This document shows positions 31,043 through 42,567 of a stretch of 64,000 nucleotides of DNA, one piece after another. Below the pieces are notes generated by a model that was not told the origin of the DNA, did not search any database, and saw only the letters and a program-made list of their open reading frames with translations. Source of the stretch: a bacterium (GTDB lineage: Bacteria > SAR324 > NAC60-12); assembly GCA_965205865.1 (NCBI GenBank), contig CBDBHR010000030.1, positions 128,001-192,000 on the forward strand, given 5' to 3'. The stretch's first letter is position 1, and the number at the start of each line of letters is the position of its first letter. Position numbers and translations under genes: made by a program.

Positions 31043-31295
31043 CAAGGGCAGAAGTTATTGGTCAACAATTTTGCAGTAGACAAACACCTCGTTCGGGTAC
31101 GCCGTTGCGGGCGTATCACAATTTTCAATCCATGGAACGCAGATTCAATCACCCTTGGGACTTCGAGGGGGTCTTTCCTCTGGTTTCTGAAAACAGCAGT
31201 ACAGTGTAGGGAAATTTTTAAGTCTCTGCCTGCCAAAAGCAGCACAACCTTTTTCAAGTTCTTCTTAAAAAGAGAATCCTTCACTTTCTAAATGA

Positions 31296-33260
31296 ATGCG
31301 TCGTATGCAGGATTCCCGGAATTTTGTTATTGGCACCAGCGGCCATATTGATCATGGAAAAAGCACTCTTGTGCAGGCATTGAGTGGCACGGACCCTGAC
31401 AGACTTGCGGAGGAAAAAAGCCGGGGAATCACTATTGATCTGGGTTTTGCCCATTACCTTGATGAAAATGGAACTCGATTCTCCTTCATCGATGTGCCGG
31501 GTCATGAAAAATTTGTCCATAACATGCTTGCAGGAGCAGCTGGTATCGATGCGGTGCTTTTGGTCATTGCCGCGGATGATGGCGTCATGCCCCAAACCAG
31601 AGAACATTTGGATATTTGCAATTTGCTCAATATCCGTTCCGGATTAGTGGTTTTGACCCGATGTGACTTGGTGGAAGATCCCGAAATGATCGAATTGTGC
31701 AAAGAAGAAATCAAAGAATTGGTTGTAGAAACTTTTTTGGAAAACGCTCCCATCATCCCTGTTTCAGCCGTAACAGGTGAGGGATTGGGGTCCTTGCAAA
31801 CAGAGTTGGCGAATCTTTACCAGCAATTACGACCTCATGAGTCTGAAAAACCCTTTCGATTCATGGTGGATCGTTCTTTCACAATCAAAGGGTTTGGTAC
31901 AATAACCACCGGTACTTTGCAGGACGGACGGTTGAATTTGGGACAGATGAACAAAGAAGAGCTGATTTTGCAATTTCCTGCGGAAATTCCAATCCGCATT
32001 CGTGGATTTCAGGTACACGGCAAAACCGTGGAGCAAGTCTGGGCAGGACAAAGGGTGGCAATCAACATTGCCAATTTGAGAAAAGAAGAGATCCGACGAG
32101 GAGATCAATTGGCACAGTCCGATTCCTTACTCACCAGCTACATGTTAAATGTTGAGTTGCATGTTCTTAAAAGCGCTCCGTCGCCTTTGCTTCGTAGAGA
32201 TCGGGTTCGTGTTTATTTGGGAACTCGGGAAGTAATGGGACGGGTCAATCCCCTGGAAGAGGATAAAATCAAGCAAGGAGAGACGCGGTTGGTACAGCTA
32301 CGTCTTGAACAACCCGTCAGCAGCCGTTTTGGAGATCGTTTTATTATTCGCAACTATTCACCGATTTTTACCTTGGGAGGGGGGAGTATCATTGATCCGG
32401 CGCCTGGCAAGTCAAGACGCATTCGTGCAGAGTTGCGTGAGCGTCTGGAATCAATAAGAGGAAAGGACCCGCACTTGGCGGCCGAACAGGTGATATATTT
32501 GCAATCAACTCGGGGTCTGTTGTTGAAAGAATTTTCAGTGCGTCTTGGGCATTCAGAAAAACAAGCAGCTAAGATTTTGCAGGATTTGGCTTTTCTACAA
32601 AAAATTTTTTGCATTGATCCCGTCGACAAACGATTCCTACACACAGATCATGTGGACCGCATTGGTACATTTGTAAAGCGAGTGATTGAATTTTTTCATC
32701 AAAAATTTCCAGAACGACATGGCATGACAAAGGCAGAATTGTCTGGGAAATTATCCCCCTTGTTCCGTAGTGAAAAAGAAATCAGTCAACTCTTGAAATA
32801 TCTGGTGAAATCCAAAATCCTGGAAACCACCCATCGAAGTGGAGACGACAATTATTACCATCTTCCGGGACACCAAAAAAATCTTTCGAAAGACATCCGG
32901 AACTATCTGCAAAAATGCCTATCCTTAATTGAACAAGGAGGCTATCAACCTCTCAGACAAACACTGCTCTTGGAAAAATGTGGACTGGAAAAAAAGGAAG
33001 GAATTTCACTGCTCAAAATGGCCACTCATAATCAGCAGTTAGTACGGGTATCCGAAGACCTATACTATACCCCGCAGCGGCTGAATTCCGTAGAGACTCT
33101 AATCCGCCAAGTTTTTAAAAACCAGGAACAACTCACGGTGATTGAATTTAAGGAATTGCTGCAAATTAACCGAAAGTATGCCGTCGATTTACTCGAGTAT
33201 TTCGATACAAAACACCTCACCGCACGTATTGACAACCACAGAATCTTGCGTGCAATTTGA
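31296..33260 (+). CDS. selB: Selenocysteine-specific elongation factor
   Basis: [33 protein letters not shown]-terminal winged helix [12 protein letters not shown]. Confidence 0.95.
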   Translation: MRRMQDSRNFVIGTSGHIDHGKSTLVQALSGTDPDRLAEEKSRGITIDLGFAHYLDENGTRFSFIDVPGHEKFVHNMLAGAAGIDAVLLVIAADDGVMPQTREHLDICNLLNIRSGLVVLTRCDLVEDPEMIELCKEEIKELVVETFLENAPIIPVSAVTGEGLGSLQTELANLYQQLRPHESEKPFRFMVDRSFTIKGFGTITTGTLQDGRLNLGQMNKEELILQFPAEIPIRIRGFQVHGKTVEQVWAGQRVAINIANLRKEEIRRGDQLAQSDSLLTSYMLNVELHVLKSAPSPLLRRDRVRVYLGTREVMGRVNPLEEDKIKQGETRLVQLRLEQPVSSRFGDRFIIRNYSPIFTLGGGSIIDPAPGKSRRIRAELRERLESIRGKDPHLAAEQVIYLQSTRGLLLKEFSVRLGHSEKQAAKILQDLAFLQKIFCIDPVDKRFLHTDHVDRIGTFVKRVIEFFHQKFPERHGMTKAELSGKLSPLFRSEKEISQLLKYLVKSKILETTHRSGDDNYYHLPGHQKNLSKDIRNYLQKCLSLIEQGGYQPLRQTLLLEKCGLEKKEGISLLKMATHNQQLVRVSEDLYYTPQRLNSVETLIRQVFKNQEQLTVIEFKELLQINRKYAVDLLEYFDTKHLTARIDNHRILRAI

Positions 33261-33325
33261 GAATAAAAGTAGTAAAGGACATGCGCGAAGGACCATTTTT
33301 TCTCCTCTAACTGAAAGGCAATGCT

Positions 33326-33484
33326 ATGATTTCACAATTGATTCGTCCTCAATCCCAATTTATAATGAAAACCCTGTTCCAACGTGATTATGATACGATG
33401 ACTGGTGAGAACCAAAAGCTTGTCGATAAAATTGTTATCGCAGTGGATATTCTGGTAGTGATCGCACTGATCTGGTGGTTGTAA
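33326..33484 (+). CDS. Candidate small membrane protein (52 aa, below ORF-track cutoff)
   Basis: GAAAGG RBS; MISQLIRPQSQFIMKTLFQRDYDTMTGENQKLVDKIVIAVDILVVIALIWWL* ends in a hydrophobic helix. Confidence 0.45.
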   Translation: MISQLIRPQSQFIMKTLFQRDYDTMTGENQKLVDKIVIAVDILVVIALIWWL

Positions 33485-33603
33485 TCTTGACAGAAAATCA
33501 TTTGTCCCATCCGTCTTTCCGACAATCCGTCTGAAAAGGGTGACCATTGGAAAAAGAATTTTGGGAATAAAGATATATCAATTCAGAAATTTCATGAGTT
33601 AAG

Positions 33604-34644
33604 ATGGGTATCATATCATCCATATCGAATTACATTTCCCATGATATGGCAATTGATTTAGGGACAGCCAATATCTTGATTTATATCAAAGGAAAAGGGA
33701 TTGTTATCCGCGAGCCTTCAGTTGTTGCCGTGCAACGGGATTTGAAAGGCACGTACAAAGTTTTGGCAATAGGGCAAGAGGCCAAATCGATGCTGGGAAG
33801 GACACCGGGGAATATAACAGCAATCCGTCCAATTAAAGACGGCGTGATTTCGGATTTTGAAATCACTCAAGAGATGTTAAGGCATTTCATCAATCAAGTG
33901 CAAAAAAAAAATTCTTTTATTAGATTCAAACCTCGTATCACCATGGCGGTACCTTCTGGCATCACCCAGGTTGAAAGACGAGCCGTAAGGGAATCAGCTG
34001 AATCTGCCGGGGCCAAAGAAATTTTTTTGATTGAAGAAGCCATGGCAGCAGCAATTGGCGCAGGTTTGCCCGTCACCGAACCAACTGGGAATATGATTGT
34101 GGATATTGGAGGTGGAACCACTGAGATTGCCATGATTTCACTGGCAGGAATCGTCTACAGCGATTCAGCGCGAGTGGGAGGCGATTCAATGGATGAAGCT
34201 ATTGTTCAATTTATCAAAAAGAAATATAATTTGCTGGTTGGAGAAAGTAGCGCGGAAGAAATAAAAATCCATCTGGGTTCAGCATTTGAACCAAAGGAAC
34301 CCAAAAATCGAACAATAAAAGGGAGAGATCTAGTCTCGGGAACTCCCAAGACATTGATCTTGAACGATGCGGAGATTCGGGAGGCTTTGGCAGATATTTG
34401 CAGTGAAATTGTACAGATTGTACGTAATGCCCTGGAGCGTATTCCACCAGAGTTGGCTTCTGACATTATGGATAAAGGAATTGTTTTAGCAGGGGGCGGG
34501 TCGTTGTTGACCGGATTGGACATTTTGTTAAGAGAACAAACCGGGCTTCCTTTCTTTCATGCTGAAGACCCCCTTTCCTGTGTTGCTCTGGGAGCCGGAA
34601 AGGTATTGGATGAGATCAATTTGTTGTCATCCATTGCATTGTGA
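33604..34644 (+). CDS. mreB: Rod shape-determining protein MreB
   Basis: [33 protein letters not shown]. Confidence 0.97.
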   Translation: MGIISSISNYISHDMAIDLGTANILIYIKGKGIVIREPSVVAVQRDLKGTYKVLAIGQEAKSMLGRTPGNITAIRPIKDGVISDFEITQEMLRHFINQVQKKNSFIRFKPRITMAVPSGITQVERRAVRESAESAGAKEIFLIEEAMAAAIGAGLPVTEPTGNMIVDIGGGTTEIAMISLAGIVYSDSARVGGDSMDEAIVQFIKKKYNLLVGESSAEEIKIHLGSAFEPKEPKNRTIKGRDLVSGTPKTLILNDAEIREALADICSEIVQIVRNALERIPPELASDIMDKGIVLAGGGSLLTGLDILLREQTGLPFFHAEDPLSCVALGAGKVLDEINLLSSIAL

Positions 34645-34705
34645 GCTGAATCTATCTGGTTTTGCTGCTTCATGCCATTTTGCTCTCTGTTCCGGTCCTT
34701 GAGTC

Positions 34706-35551
34706 ATGTTTGATTTAATTAAGAAGCATCGACTACTGCTTGCCGTCGTTGTCACCATAATCGGAGTCCTAATCTATATATTTGGAGTGGGGAGCAACCA
34801 GAATAATTCAAATTTCCAAAACTTCACCCTAACCATCACTTATCCCATCCAGGTTCTAGTCCATGAATTCGTTTCTTACGCCAACGACCTGACAGAGTCT
34901 TATTTTTATCTTGTTCAACTGCATCAAGAAAATGAAGTGTTGAAACAACAGGTCGTTGCCTTGAAAGAGGAAGTGAATCGCTATATTGAAGAATCCATTC
35001 AGTATCATCGTCTAAAAATACAATTGGAATTTGCGGAGGAAAATCCGTTGAAGAAAATTTTTTCGGAAGTGATTGGAGAATCCATTGATAATTTTCATCA
35101 AACTCTGCAAATCAATCGTGGCTCCAATGATGGAATACAACGGAATTTTGCAGTTATTTTAAAGGAGGGAGTGGTGGGTCGTATTCAAACGGTGACGTGG
35201 TTTCAATCGACTGTCCAATTGATTTTGGACCGGCGGAGTCGCTTCCCCGCAATTCTGCAGCGCACAAGAGCAAAAGGCTTGGTATATGGAACCGGGAAGG
35301 GCCTGGAAATGAGAAGAATCCATCTACGGGCTGATGTCAAAGTCGGGGACCGAATTGTAACCAATGGATTGAGTGGATTATTTCCCAAAGGTATTCTGGT
35401 TGCTACGGTTACAGTCGTCAAATACGAAGATCACGAAATGTTTCAAACCGCAGAACTGACACCCGTTGTCGATTTTGACAAAATCGAGGGAGTCTTTGTC
35501 GTTCTTAAGGACAATTCTCTCTCGCATCAAACCTTATTTTCTGAAAAATGA
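34706..35551 (+). CDS. mreC: Rod shape-determining protein MreC
   Basis: N-terminal TM, coiled coil, GVVGRI, TNGLSGLFPKGI; follows mreB. Confidence 0.92.
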   Translation: MFDLIKKHRLLLAVVVTIIGVLIYIFGVGSNQNNSNFQNFTLTITYPIQVLVHEFVSYANDLTESYFYLVQLHQENEVLKQQVVALKEEVNRYIEESIQYHRLKIQLEFAEENPLKKIFSEVIGESIDNFHQTLQINRGSNDGIQRNFAVILKEGVVGRIQTVTWFQSTVQLILDRRSRFPAILQRTRAKGLVYGTGKGLEMRRIHLRADVKVGDRIVTNGLSGLFPKGILVATVTVVKYEDHEMFQTAELTPVVDFDKIEGVFVVLKDNSLSHQTLFSEK

Positions 35552-36069
35552 TCTATTTATACTGGGGAGTCGCGGGGCTACTTGCTCTTTGGCTGGAAAC
35601 CGGTTTCAGCAGCTATCTTCACATTGCAGGATTGAAAACCAATATCGTGTTGATTGTACTGCTCATCCTGATGTTACGATGGAAATCATCATATTTGTTG
35701 TTTTACGGATTGGTTTTGGGACTGATGACAGATGCGGTTTCTCATTCCATCATTGGGATCTACGGCCTTTCGTTTTTTTTGGTTTTGATCTTGGCACAAT
35801 GGATTAGTGACTGGTTTTATGAAAAAAATACAATTTCCACCGTCTTTTTTGTTGGATTACTATCTTTGATCGAAGGTGGGATCGCCTTAACCTGGTTCAA
35901 GATATTAGATTCAGATTTTTCCTGGAATCTTCTTTTTTTCCAGACAGTCACTTTTCTGGCAGTTATTCAAGGTTTGATTTCACCATTGTTTTTAGTGATG
36001 TTGATTCGCATGGAACGAATCCTTCATCTCGATCCTGAAGGTAAACCTTCCATTCCTTTTCGATGGTAA
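35548..36069 (+). CDS. mreD: Rod shape-determining protein MreD
   Basis: Hydrophobic 173 aa with GLMTD; lies between mreC and mrdA. Confidence 0.85.
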   Translation: MIYLYWGVAGLLALWLETGFSSYLHIAGLKTNIVLIVLLILMLRWKSSYLLFYGLVLGLMTDAVSHSIIGIYGLSFFLVLILAQWISDWFYEKNTISTVFFVGLLSLIEGGIALTWFKILDSDFSWNLLFFQTVTFLAVIQGLISPLFLVMLIRMERILHLDPEGKPSIPFRW

Positions 36070-36179
36070 ACCAATCCCAGAGGTTAAAAACTTCAAGACA
36101 AGTTCTCGTCAGTTGAGCGGACTGCAGGCACAAAGAACCAAGGGAGAGGGATTGCCTCGCTTCTGAAGTACGAAAGCTC

Positions 36180-38081
36180 ATGAAAAATTACTCTTTGGGA
36201 TCCGACGAACTCAAATTATTTCGCAGGCGTACAACCGTGATTGTCATGGTGATCGCCTTTATCTTTTCTTCGTTGGCCTCTCGATTATGGTATTTACAGA
36301 TTGTCAACGGAGAAAAGTATGCAGAATATTCTCAGGGAAATCGTATCCGTCTGGTACCACAAGCAGCCCCAAGGGGGATCATCTATGACCGCAATGGAAT
36401 TGCCCTGGCAGACAATCGTCCCGCTTATCATCTGCAACTGGTTAGGGAAGACACACTGGATTTGGAAAAAACTCTGCGCAATCTTTCAGATACCCTTGAT
36501 ATATCTTACGTCTACCTGTTGAAAAAAGTGGAGGACCACCGCCATCAAGCCCCATTCAGACCGGTAATACTAGATGAAGATTTGGAGTATAAAAAAGCGG
36601 TCATTGCTGAAACTTTTCAGGAAGACTTTCCCGGAGTCTCGATTGTGGTCCAATCTAAAAGATTCTATCCTCATGATAAAATCGCTGCCCATGTTTTAGG
36701 ATACGTGGGAATCCGCAATGAAGCGCAAGAAGAAGAAATGCCCAAAAACAAGCGAACCTCTGGGCGGATAGTGGGACAAGCCAGTATGGAGAAAATCCAC
36801 AATGACATTTTGATTGGAACTGATGGCGGCAAACAGGTGGAAGTGGACCATCTGGGACGGGAATTGAATGTGTTGAGTAAGCCGGTCAATCCCATTCCGG
36901 GTCATGATGTTTACCTGACAATTGATGCGCGTATCCAGGAACTCATCTATAGAAACATGCGTGGAAAAAGCGGGGCCGTGGTTGTCATGCGGCCCAAGAC
37001 CGGGGAGATTTTAGGCATGGGGAGTTTCCCTGGCTTCAATCCTAATCTGTTTTCAGACGGAATCAGTCGCAGGAACTGGAGTCGTTTGATTAAAAATCCC
37101 GACAATCCCTTGGAAAATAAAGCCATTCAAGGGACTTATCCCCCCGGGTCCACTTTTAAATTGGTGACCGCCTATGCCGGATTGGATCAAAACATCATTG
37201 ATCAACAATCCACTTATCTATGCAACGGATTTTACTATTTGAAGGGACGCAAAACACCTTTCAAGTGCTGGCGATATAATTTAGGAGGGCATGGAACAGT
37301 AGATTTACGCAAGGCAATTAAAGAATCGTGCAATGTTTACTTTTATCATGTCGCTGTCGAGGTGGGGATTGATCATCTGCATGAATATGGGCAACAATTT
37401 GGTTTTGGCAGAAAAACCGACATTCCGCTCCTTGTTGAAAAATCAGGTTTGATGCCGAGCTCCGCCTGGAAAAAGAAAACCTATGGAGAGCGCTGGTATC
37501 CCGGAGAAACTCCGCCGGTTGCAATTGGACAAGGATTTGTGACGGCCACACCGTTACAAGTCTTGAATTTTATAAACATCATTGCTAACCGTGGCATGGC
37601 TGTCCGACCTCGTTTGATCATGGAAAACGCTTCTCGGCAGCAAAATGCGCCTCAATACCAGCCGACAGGGTTGTCCAGCGAATATTTGGACCTCATTCGT
37701 GAAGGTTTGCTTGCAGCTGTGAATGAGCAACACGGAACGGCAAGGGTGATTCGTTCAAAATTCATGCAGTTGGCGGGAAAAACAGGAACCGCTCAAGTAG
37801 TGGGGCACAAGACCACGAAAAATTGGGAGGATGACAAAAAGAATCAAAAAAAATTCCGCAATCATGCCTGGTTTGTGGCATTTGGTCCTGCGGAAAATCC
37901 TGAGGTTTCTGTGGTTGTTTTAGTAGAGCATGGAGGGAAGGGTTCCCAAGCTGCCGGACCGATAGCCAAAAAAATATTGGACTATTATATCGAACATATT
38001 TATGAACCCGTCCAAGCTGCCGACAATCAACTGCATGCTCAAACATTTTTTGCGGATCGTCTGCAGGCAGCCTTTCAATAA
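36180..38081 (+). CDS. mrdA: Penicillin-binding protein 2
   Basis: PRGIIYDRNG, PPGSTFK (SxxK), SCN (SxN), KTG. Confidence 0.95.
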   Translation: MKNYSLGSDELKLFRRRTTVIVMVIAFIFSSLASRLWYLQIVNGEKYAEYSQGNRIRLVPQAAPRGIIYDRNGIALADNRPAYHLQLVREDTLDLEKTLRNLSDTLDISYVYLLKKVEDHRHQAPFRPVILDEDLEYKKAVIAETFQEDFPGVSIVVQSKRFYPHDKIAAHVLGYVGIRNEAQEEEMPKNKRTSGRIVGQASMEKIHNDILIGTDGGKQVEVDHLGRELNVLSKPVNPIPGHDVYLTIDARIQELIYRNMRGKSGAVVVMRPKTGEILGMGSFPGFNPNLFSDGISRRNWSRLIKNPDNPLENKAIQGTYPPGSTFKLVTAYAGLDQNIIDQQSTYLCNGFYYLKGRKTPFKCWRYNLGGHGTVDLRKAIKESCNVYFYHVAVEVGIDHLHEYGQQFGFGRKTDIPLLVEKSGLMPSSAWKKKTYGERWYPGETPPVAIGQGFVTATPLQVLNFINIIANRGMAVRPRLIMENASRQQNAPQYQPTGLSSEYLDLIREGLLAAVNEQHGTARVIRSKFMQLAGKTGTAQVVGHKTTKNWEDDKKNQKKFRNHAWFVAFGPAENPEVSVVVLVEHGGKGSQAAGPIAKKILDYYIEHIYEPVQAADNQLHAQTFFADRLQAAFQ

Positions 38082-38103
38082 AATCATTTGAATTCAAATT
38101 CAA

Positions 38104-38721
38104 TTGCCGACAACCATCCCCGCAATAATTCAAAAACGCCTCCTTTGTCTGGCATCTTCTTCTCCCAGACGGCACGAATTGCTCAAACGATTTGGTCTCG
38201 CATTTGATAGCTGTGACCCTGATATTGATGAAACACTACTGCGAGGAGAATCCGTACAGGCATATGGGTTGCGTATTGCTTACGAAAAGGCGGTCGTGGG
38301 AAGCTCATATTTTTCCGATTCGATTGTTGTCGCTGGAGATACTACTGTGTATCACAACCAGCAAGTTTTGGGTAAACCAGGAGATCCTCAGGATGCCTGT
38401 TCTATTTTGACCAGGTTGAGTGGACAGCGACATCAGGTGTATTCCGCATATGTTCTCCTGGACGCCCGGTCAGGAGTACACATCGAGGCCTCCCTATGCA
38501 CTGAAGTGCAATTCAAGCGGCTTCCTTCAAATTGGGTCCGCTGGTATGTTGGAACCGGAGAATCTCTGGACAAAGCCGGGGCATATTCCATTCAGGGGCT
38601 AGGAACAGTCATGGTCGAAAAGATTCAGGGCTCTTTTAACAACGTGGTTGGATTTCCAATCGAAGATATTTTTTGGCACTTCTTGGAACAAGGTTGGATT
38701 GAGTTATCGGAATCGACCTGA
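38104..38721 (+). CDS. maf: Maf-family nucleotide pyrophosphatase
   Basis: LASSSPRR.ELL, GDT, DKAGAYSIQG, NVVGFP. Confidence 0.92.
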   Translation: MPTTIPAIIQKRLLCLASSSPRRHELLKRFGLAFDSCDPDIDETLLRGESVQAYGLRIAYEKAVVGSSYFSDSIVVAGDTTVYHNQQVLGKPGDPQDACSILTRLSGQRHQVYSAYVLLDARSGVHIEASLCTEVQFKRLPSNWVRWYVGTGESLDKAGAYSIQGLGTVMVEKIQGSFNNVVGFPIEDIFWHFLEQGWIELSEST

Positions 38722-38766
38722 ATGTTCGGTCATATATTTTTATGATTTTTTGGAGACCTCGTCCTT

Positions 38767-39885
38767 ATGAAAACCCTTACTGTCCGGATCCCGGGACATG
38801 AATACGACATTCATATTGGCACCGGCATTTTTGAAACCCAACTCTTGCAGGCAGTGCAAAAGTTTGGCATGGAGTTGATTGTGGTGGTTACCAATACGAC
38901 ACTTCAGGCACAATATCCTTTTCTTATACAGCAATGTCTGGCTTCCCTGAATCTGTCCGTAGAGACTTGTATTGTGCCGGATGGAGAATACTATAAAACG
39001 TTGGAAACGCTAAATCGGATATATGATTTTCTGCTCGAAAAACGGGCTAATCGAAAAACGCTATTGATTGCCTTCGGAGGGGGTGTGGTCGGCGACATGG
39101 TTGGTTTTGCCGCAGCAACTTTCATGCGTGGCATTCCCTATATCCAGGTACCCACGACTCTGCTTTCTCAGGTGGACAGTAGCATCGGAGGAAAAACTGC
39201 CGTCAACCATCGGTTGGGAAAAAATACTATTGGCGCATTTAAACAGCCAATTTTTGTTTGTATGGAATTAGAATTTCTAAAATCGCTTCCTCCTCGTGAA
39301 CTGAAAGCCGGGTTTTTCGAGCTTCTCAAGCACGGGATTATTCACGATGCGGCCCTGTTTGATTTTCTTCAGCAGCATCCCCTTCTTTTGGACCCATTGG
39401 ACCTCTGTGTTATAGAACAAGCAATTGAAGCTTCATGCCTTGTAAAGGCCCGTGTTGTTCAGCATGACGAAAAAGAAACTGGTTTGAGAGCAACTTTAAA
39501 TTTTGGTCACACACTGGGACATTTGATTGAAACACATACAGGCTACACTGCGTATCTTCACGGGGAAGCCGTGGGTGTCGGAATGGTTTTCGCGGCTTTT
39601 GTTTCTGAGGAATTAGAATTTCTTCCACAATCTGATTTTCAGCAGATCATCGCTTCTTTGAAACCATACATAAACATTATACGATTGCCGCCACTCGATT
39701 TTTCCCATTTCCAAGAATTGATTCTGCATGATAAAAAATCATTCCGGCATACTATCAATTTCATCCTGGTCCGAAAAATCGGGGAGAGTTTTATCCACCA
39801 AAACATGACCCCTGAAATGCTTTGGCCTCTTTTTAAAAAGTTTATCCGTTTACATTCTTGGGCCTGTGAGGTGCGTTCTGAATAA
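38767..39885 (+). CDS. aroB: 3-dehydroquinate synthase
   Basis: GGGVVGD, PTTLLSQVDSSIGGK, LNFGHTLGH, HGEAV. Confidence 0.95.
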   Translation: MKTLTVRIPGHEYDIHIGTGIFETQLLQAVQKFGMELIVVVTNTTLQAQYPFLIQQCLASLNLSVETCIVPDGEYYKTLETLNRIYDFLLEKRANRKTLLIAFGGGVVGDMVGFAAATFMRGIPYIQVPTTLLSQVDSSIGGKTAVNHRLGKNTIGAFKQPIFVCMELEFLKSLPPRELKAGFFELLKHGIIHDAALFDFLQQHPLLLDPLDLCVIEQAIEASCLVKARVVQHDEKETGLRATLNFGHTLGHLIETHTGYTAYLHGEAVGVGMVFAAFVSEELEFLPQSDFQQIIASLKPYINIIRLPPLDFSHFQELILHDKKSFRHTINFILVRKIGESFIHQNMTPEMLWPLFKKFIRLHSWACEVRSE

Positions 39886-40564
39886 AGAAAATAAATTTTT
39901 TGAGGAGTCTCGTCCCACTTTATTGGATTCCAAGGGATATGGAATTTTCATCACTTTTGAAGGATTGGATGGCTGTGGAAAAACCACACAGCTCCACAAG
40001 GCAAGCCTGTGGTTTCGGGAACAGGGTTATTCCGTTTTGCATACGCGAGAGCCTGGGGGGACGATGGTGAGTGAGCACATCCGGTCCATCCTCCTCAATC
40101 CTGAAAATTCCAATCTAACTGTTCAAACAGAGCTTTTGCTTTACTTGGCTGCAAGGCTACAACACCTTCACGAGCTCATCCTTCCGGCAAAGGAAAAAGG
40201 GCAACTGGTTTTGTGTGACCGTTTCCATGATTCCACTGTCGCATATCAAGGGTTCGGCCGGCGATTGGATTTGAAAAGAATCCAAACCATAGTCCAGGAA
40301 TGGATTGAGCCCCATTATCCGACTCTGACGGTCCTCCTGAAAATCACCCCGCAAATAGCCATGTTGCGCATGAAGCAGCAGAGAGGTGGAAAAAGGAATC
40401 GTCTGGATAAGGAATCTATAAGTTTCTTTGAGAGGGTTGCTGAAGGATATGCCACTCTGGTCGAAAAAGCGCCGGAACGCTTTGTCCAGTTGGATGCTTC
40501 AGGATCCATTGAAAGTGTGCATCAGGCCGTGATTGCTGCCCTTTCAAAGCGTTTGAGGTTGTGA
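39866..40564 (+). CDS. tmk: Thymidylate kinase
   Basis: FEGLDGCGKTTQ, TREPGG, CDRF..STVAYQG; start uncertain. Confidence 0.94.
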   Translation: MRCVLNKENKFFEESRPTLLDSKGYGIFITFEGLDGCGKTTQLHKASLWFREQGYSVLHTREPGGTMVSEHIRSILLNPENSNLTVQTELLLYLAARLQHLHELILPAKEKGQLVLCDRFHDSTVAYQGFGRRLDLKRIQTIVQEWIEPHYPTLTVLLKITPQIAMLRMKQQRGGKRNRLDKESISFFERVAEGYATLVEKAPERFVQLDASGSIESVHQAVIAALSKRLRL

Positions 40565-40637
40565 GTGGGGGTATGCGTCATATTTCCGTCAAGTGTTCGC
40601 GACACCCCCTTTAAGACAACTCCTTTTTACAACGAGA

Positions 40638-41261
40638 ATGATGACTCGAGAAAATGTTCTAACAAATCAGATTATTGAGGAAACCGTTCTCTGTTCCACC
40701 AAGTGGATGGATTGCGTTGAAATTTCATACCGAGATGCTGCCGGAAAAAAACGTTCATGGGATTGTGTGCATCGTAAATCCCGCTCCGATGCTGTAGTGA
40801 TTGTTCCTCGTCTTGTACCATCTGGTCGGTATATTCTCATCAAGCAATTCAGACCTCCGGTGGGCGCGACTATTCTTGAATTTCCTGCAGGTCTCATCGA
40901 TGCGGGGGAAAGCCCGCAACAAACAGCTATCCGGGAGCTGAAGGAAGAAACCGGATATTCGGGTCAAGTGCTGGAAATCACTCCACGTTTACATACCTCT
41001 CCAGGCATGCTTTCGGAAGCTTGCTATTACGCATTTTTGGCAGTGGATGAAATGTCGGAAGTCAATCAGGCGCCCAGAGCGACACCGGAACCAGGTGAAT
41101 TCATCGAAGTGATAGTGAAAGCGCCGGAAGAGATCGTCACTTTCGTCTCAGAAGAAATTCAAGCGGGGTCTGCTGTTGATATAAAATTGTATACTTATTT
41201 CGGAGATTCCTTTTTTCCCCATTTCCCGACTTCTTCCGCAATCTATCAACGAAACCTTTAA
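40638..41261 (+). CDS. NUDIX hydrolase (ADP-ribose pyrophosphatase/NUDT5-like)
   Basis: QFRPP, EFPAGLID.GE....AIRELKEETGY Nudix box, SPG. Confidence 0.88.
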   Translation: MMTRENVLTNQIIEETVLCSTKWMDCVEISYRDAAGKKRSWDCVHRKSRSDAVVIVPRLVPSGRYILIKQFRPPVGATILEFPAGLIDAGESPQQTAIRELKEETGYSGQVLEITPRLHTSPGMLSEACYYAFLAVDEMSEVNQAPRATPEPGEFIEVIVKAPEEIVTFVSEEIQAGSAVDIKLYTYFGDSFFPHFPTSSAIYQRNL

Positions 41262-41333
41262 TTAACCTGAGTTCGAGATAAGAATTTAATAAATTCAATA
41301 TGTTATGGAATCTTCATATCTTAGAGAAACCTT

Positions 41334-41380
41334 GTCATTCCTGCGAAGCTTTTCCCCGCGAAAGCGGGGAGCAGGAATCC
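41334..41380. repeat. REP/dRS3-like palindromic element with nested hairpin
   Basis: GTCATTCCTGC...GCAGGAATCC outer arms enclosing TCCCCGC-GAAA-GCGGGGA. Confidence 0.6.
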
Positions 41381-42567
41381 GGATTGCCACCATTTGTCAG
41401 CACTTCCAGGAAGTGCCGAGTGGACACACAAAACTTTCTTCCCAGTCTGTGACCATGTCATGGAAGGATGTTACGATTCCGTCCCGATAAAGAGCAACGG
41501 GCGGTGGATCTCCCAGACGTCCATGTCCGCAATTGATCCAGAGCACTCCTTTGCTGCCAGTGATCTCAAAACGATCATCTTGAGCATAATGCCGAGTGGC
41601 GATTTCCAATTCGGGTGAGTAAACGATCTCGAGATTGCCTATACGATTGTCAGGAAAGCGAAAGGAAACAATGGACGGCGCGTCCAAAATGACTCCCTCA
41701 TCAGTTTCGGTACTGCCAATAAAAGCATGAACTTCCGCAGGGTTTCCCATGAAATGCCAAGTAAGTGCAAATTTATGATGCCCATCATCGAATAGAAGAT
41801 GCCCTCCGCCGGATTTAGCTTTTTGTTGCCGCCATGCCGTGGCTTCTTTGGGGACTTCCCAGGCAGTTTTACTGCGTCCGGGGTTACTTTTAATCCTGAT
41901 CGACAAAGGCGTTCCCACCACTCCTTTATCGATCAATTGTCTGGCTTTGATGACAGGGGATAGAAAACAAAATTTTCAAAAACTTTGAAAGCACGATCTG
42001 CCGCATCTGCCGCTGCGACTAATCGATCGGCTTCCGCCATCGTAACACACATCGGTTTCTGCAGTGAAACAACTTTCCCGGCATCGATTGCTTTCAGTGC
42101 CGCGTCTAAATGGAGATGATGAGGTAACAATATTTCCACCAGATCAACATCCGGACATGCTAAAAGATCCTCCATATCATCAGTGAGATAGATATCGTTG
42201 AGCCCCCAAGTGAGCGCGCAGCCTTTGGCTAAACTAGTGCTTGGCCGAAAAATACTCAAATTGTTGATATTAAATGACATTTCTTCAATTTCATAGGATG
42301 AAGATTTGTCTGATACAGTGTTCAGATGGCCAAAATCAGCAAAAAATGGGATTTTTGATGAGTTTCCCCAAAATCTTCGTTTCTTGAAAATATGTGAATA
42401 CCATTAAATATCATGTAGTTATCTAATTTTCGGCCAAGCACTAAGCTAAGCTCGCGGTCGCAAAGCGCGACAATGCGACTTTTAGGGTTTTGAAGGTATT
42501 CAATGGCATGAAGGTCCGATATCCGACCCGTTCCGATGAATCCCACACCTATTTCAGATGAATTCAT
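41335..42567 (-). pseudogene. Gfo/Idh/MocA-family oxidoreductase pseudogene
   Basis: GFIGTGRIS..H, EILLPHHLH, LQKPM, FENF, GGHLLFDDGHH. Interrupted by a MITE (42237-42441) and 1-bp deletions near 41957 and 41426; 3' end runs into the REP-like element. Confidence 0.85.
42237..42441. mobile_element. 205-bp MITE, copy 1 (inside the oxidoreductase gene)
   Basis: 15-bp TIRs GTGCTTGGCCGAAAA/TTTTCGGCCAAGCAC; flanks TAAACTA/TAAGCTA (7-bp TSD, 1 mismatch); removal restores ELSLAKG. Confidence 0.9.

Noticed and set aside
31043-31295. Possible tRNA-Sec (selC) or small gene upstream of selB
   Set aside because: No cloverleaf with a TCA anticodon found; only short hairpins, and the short ORFs on both strands lack recognisable features.
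38082-38110. Absence of rodA after mrdA
   Set aside because: rodA is often encoded elsewhere; absence cannot be judged from one window.
41933-42567. ORFs 41933..42280 and 42322..42567 as separate novel genes
   Set aside because: They are fragments of one oxidoreductase reading into or out of the MITE.
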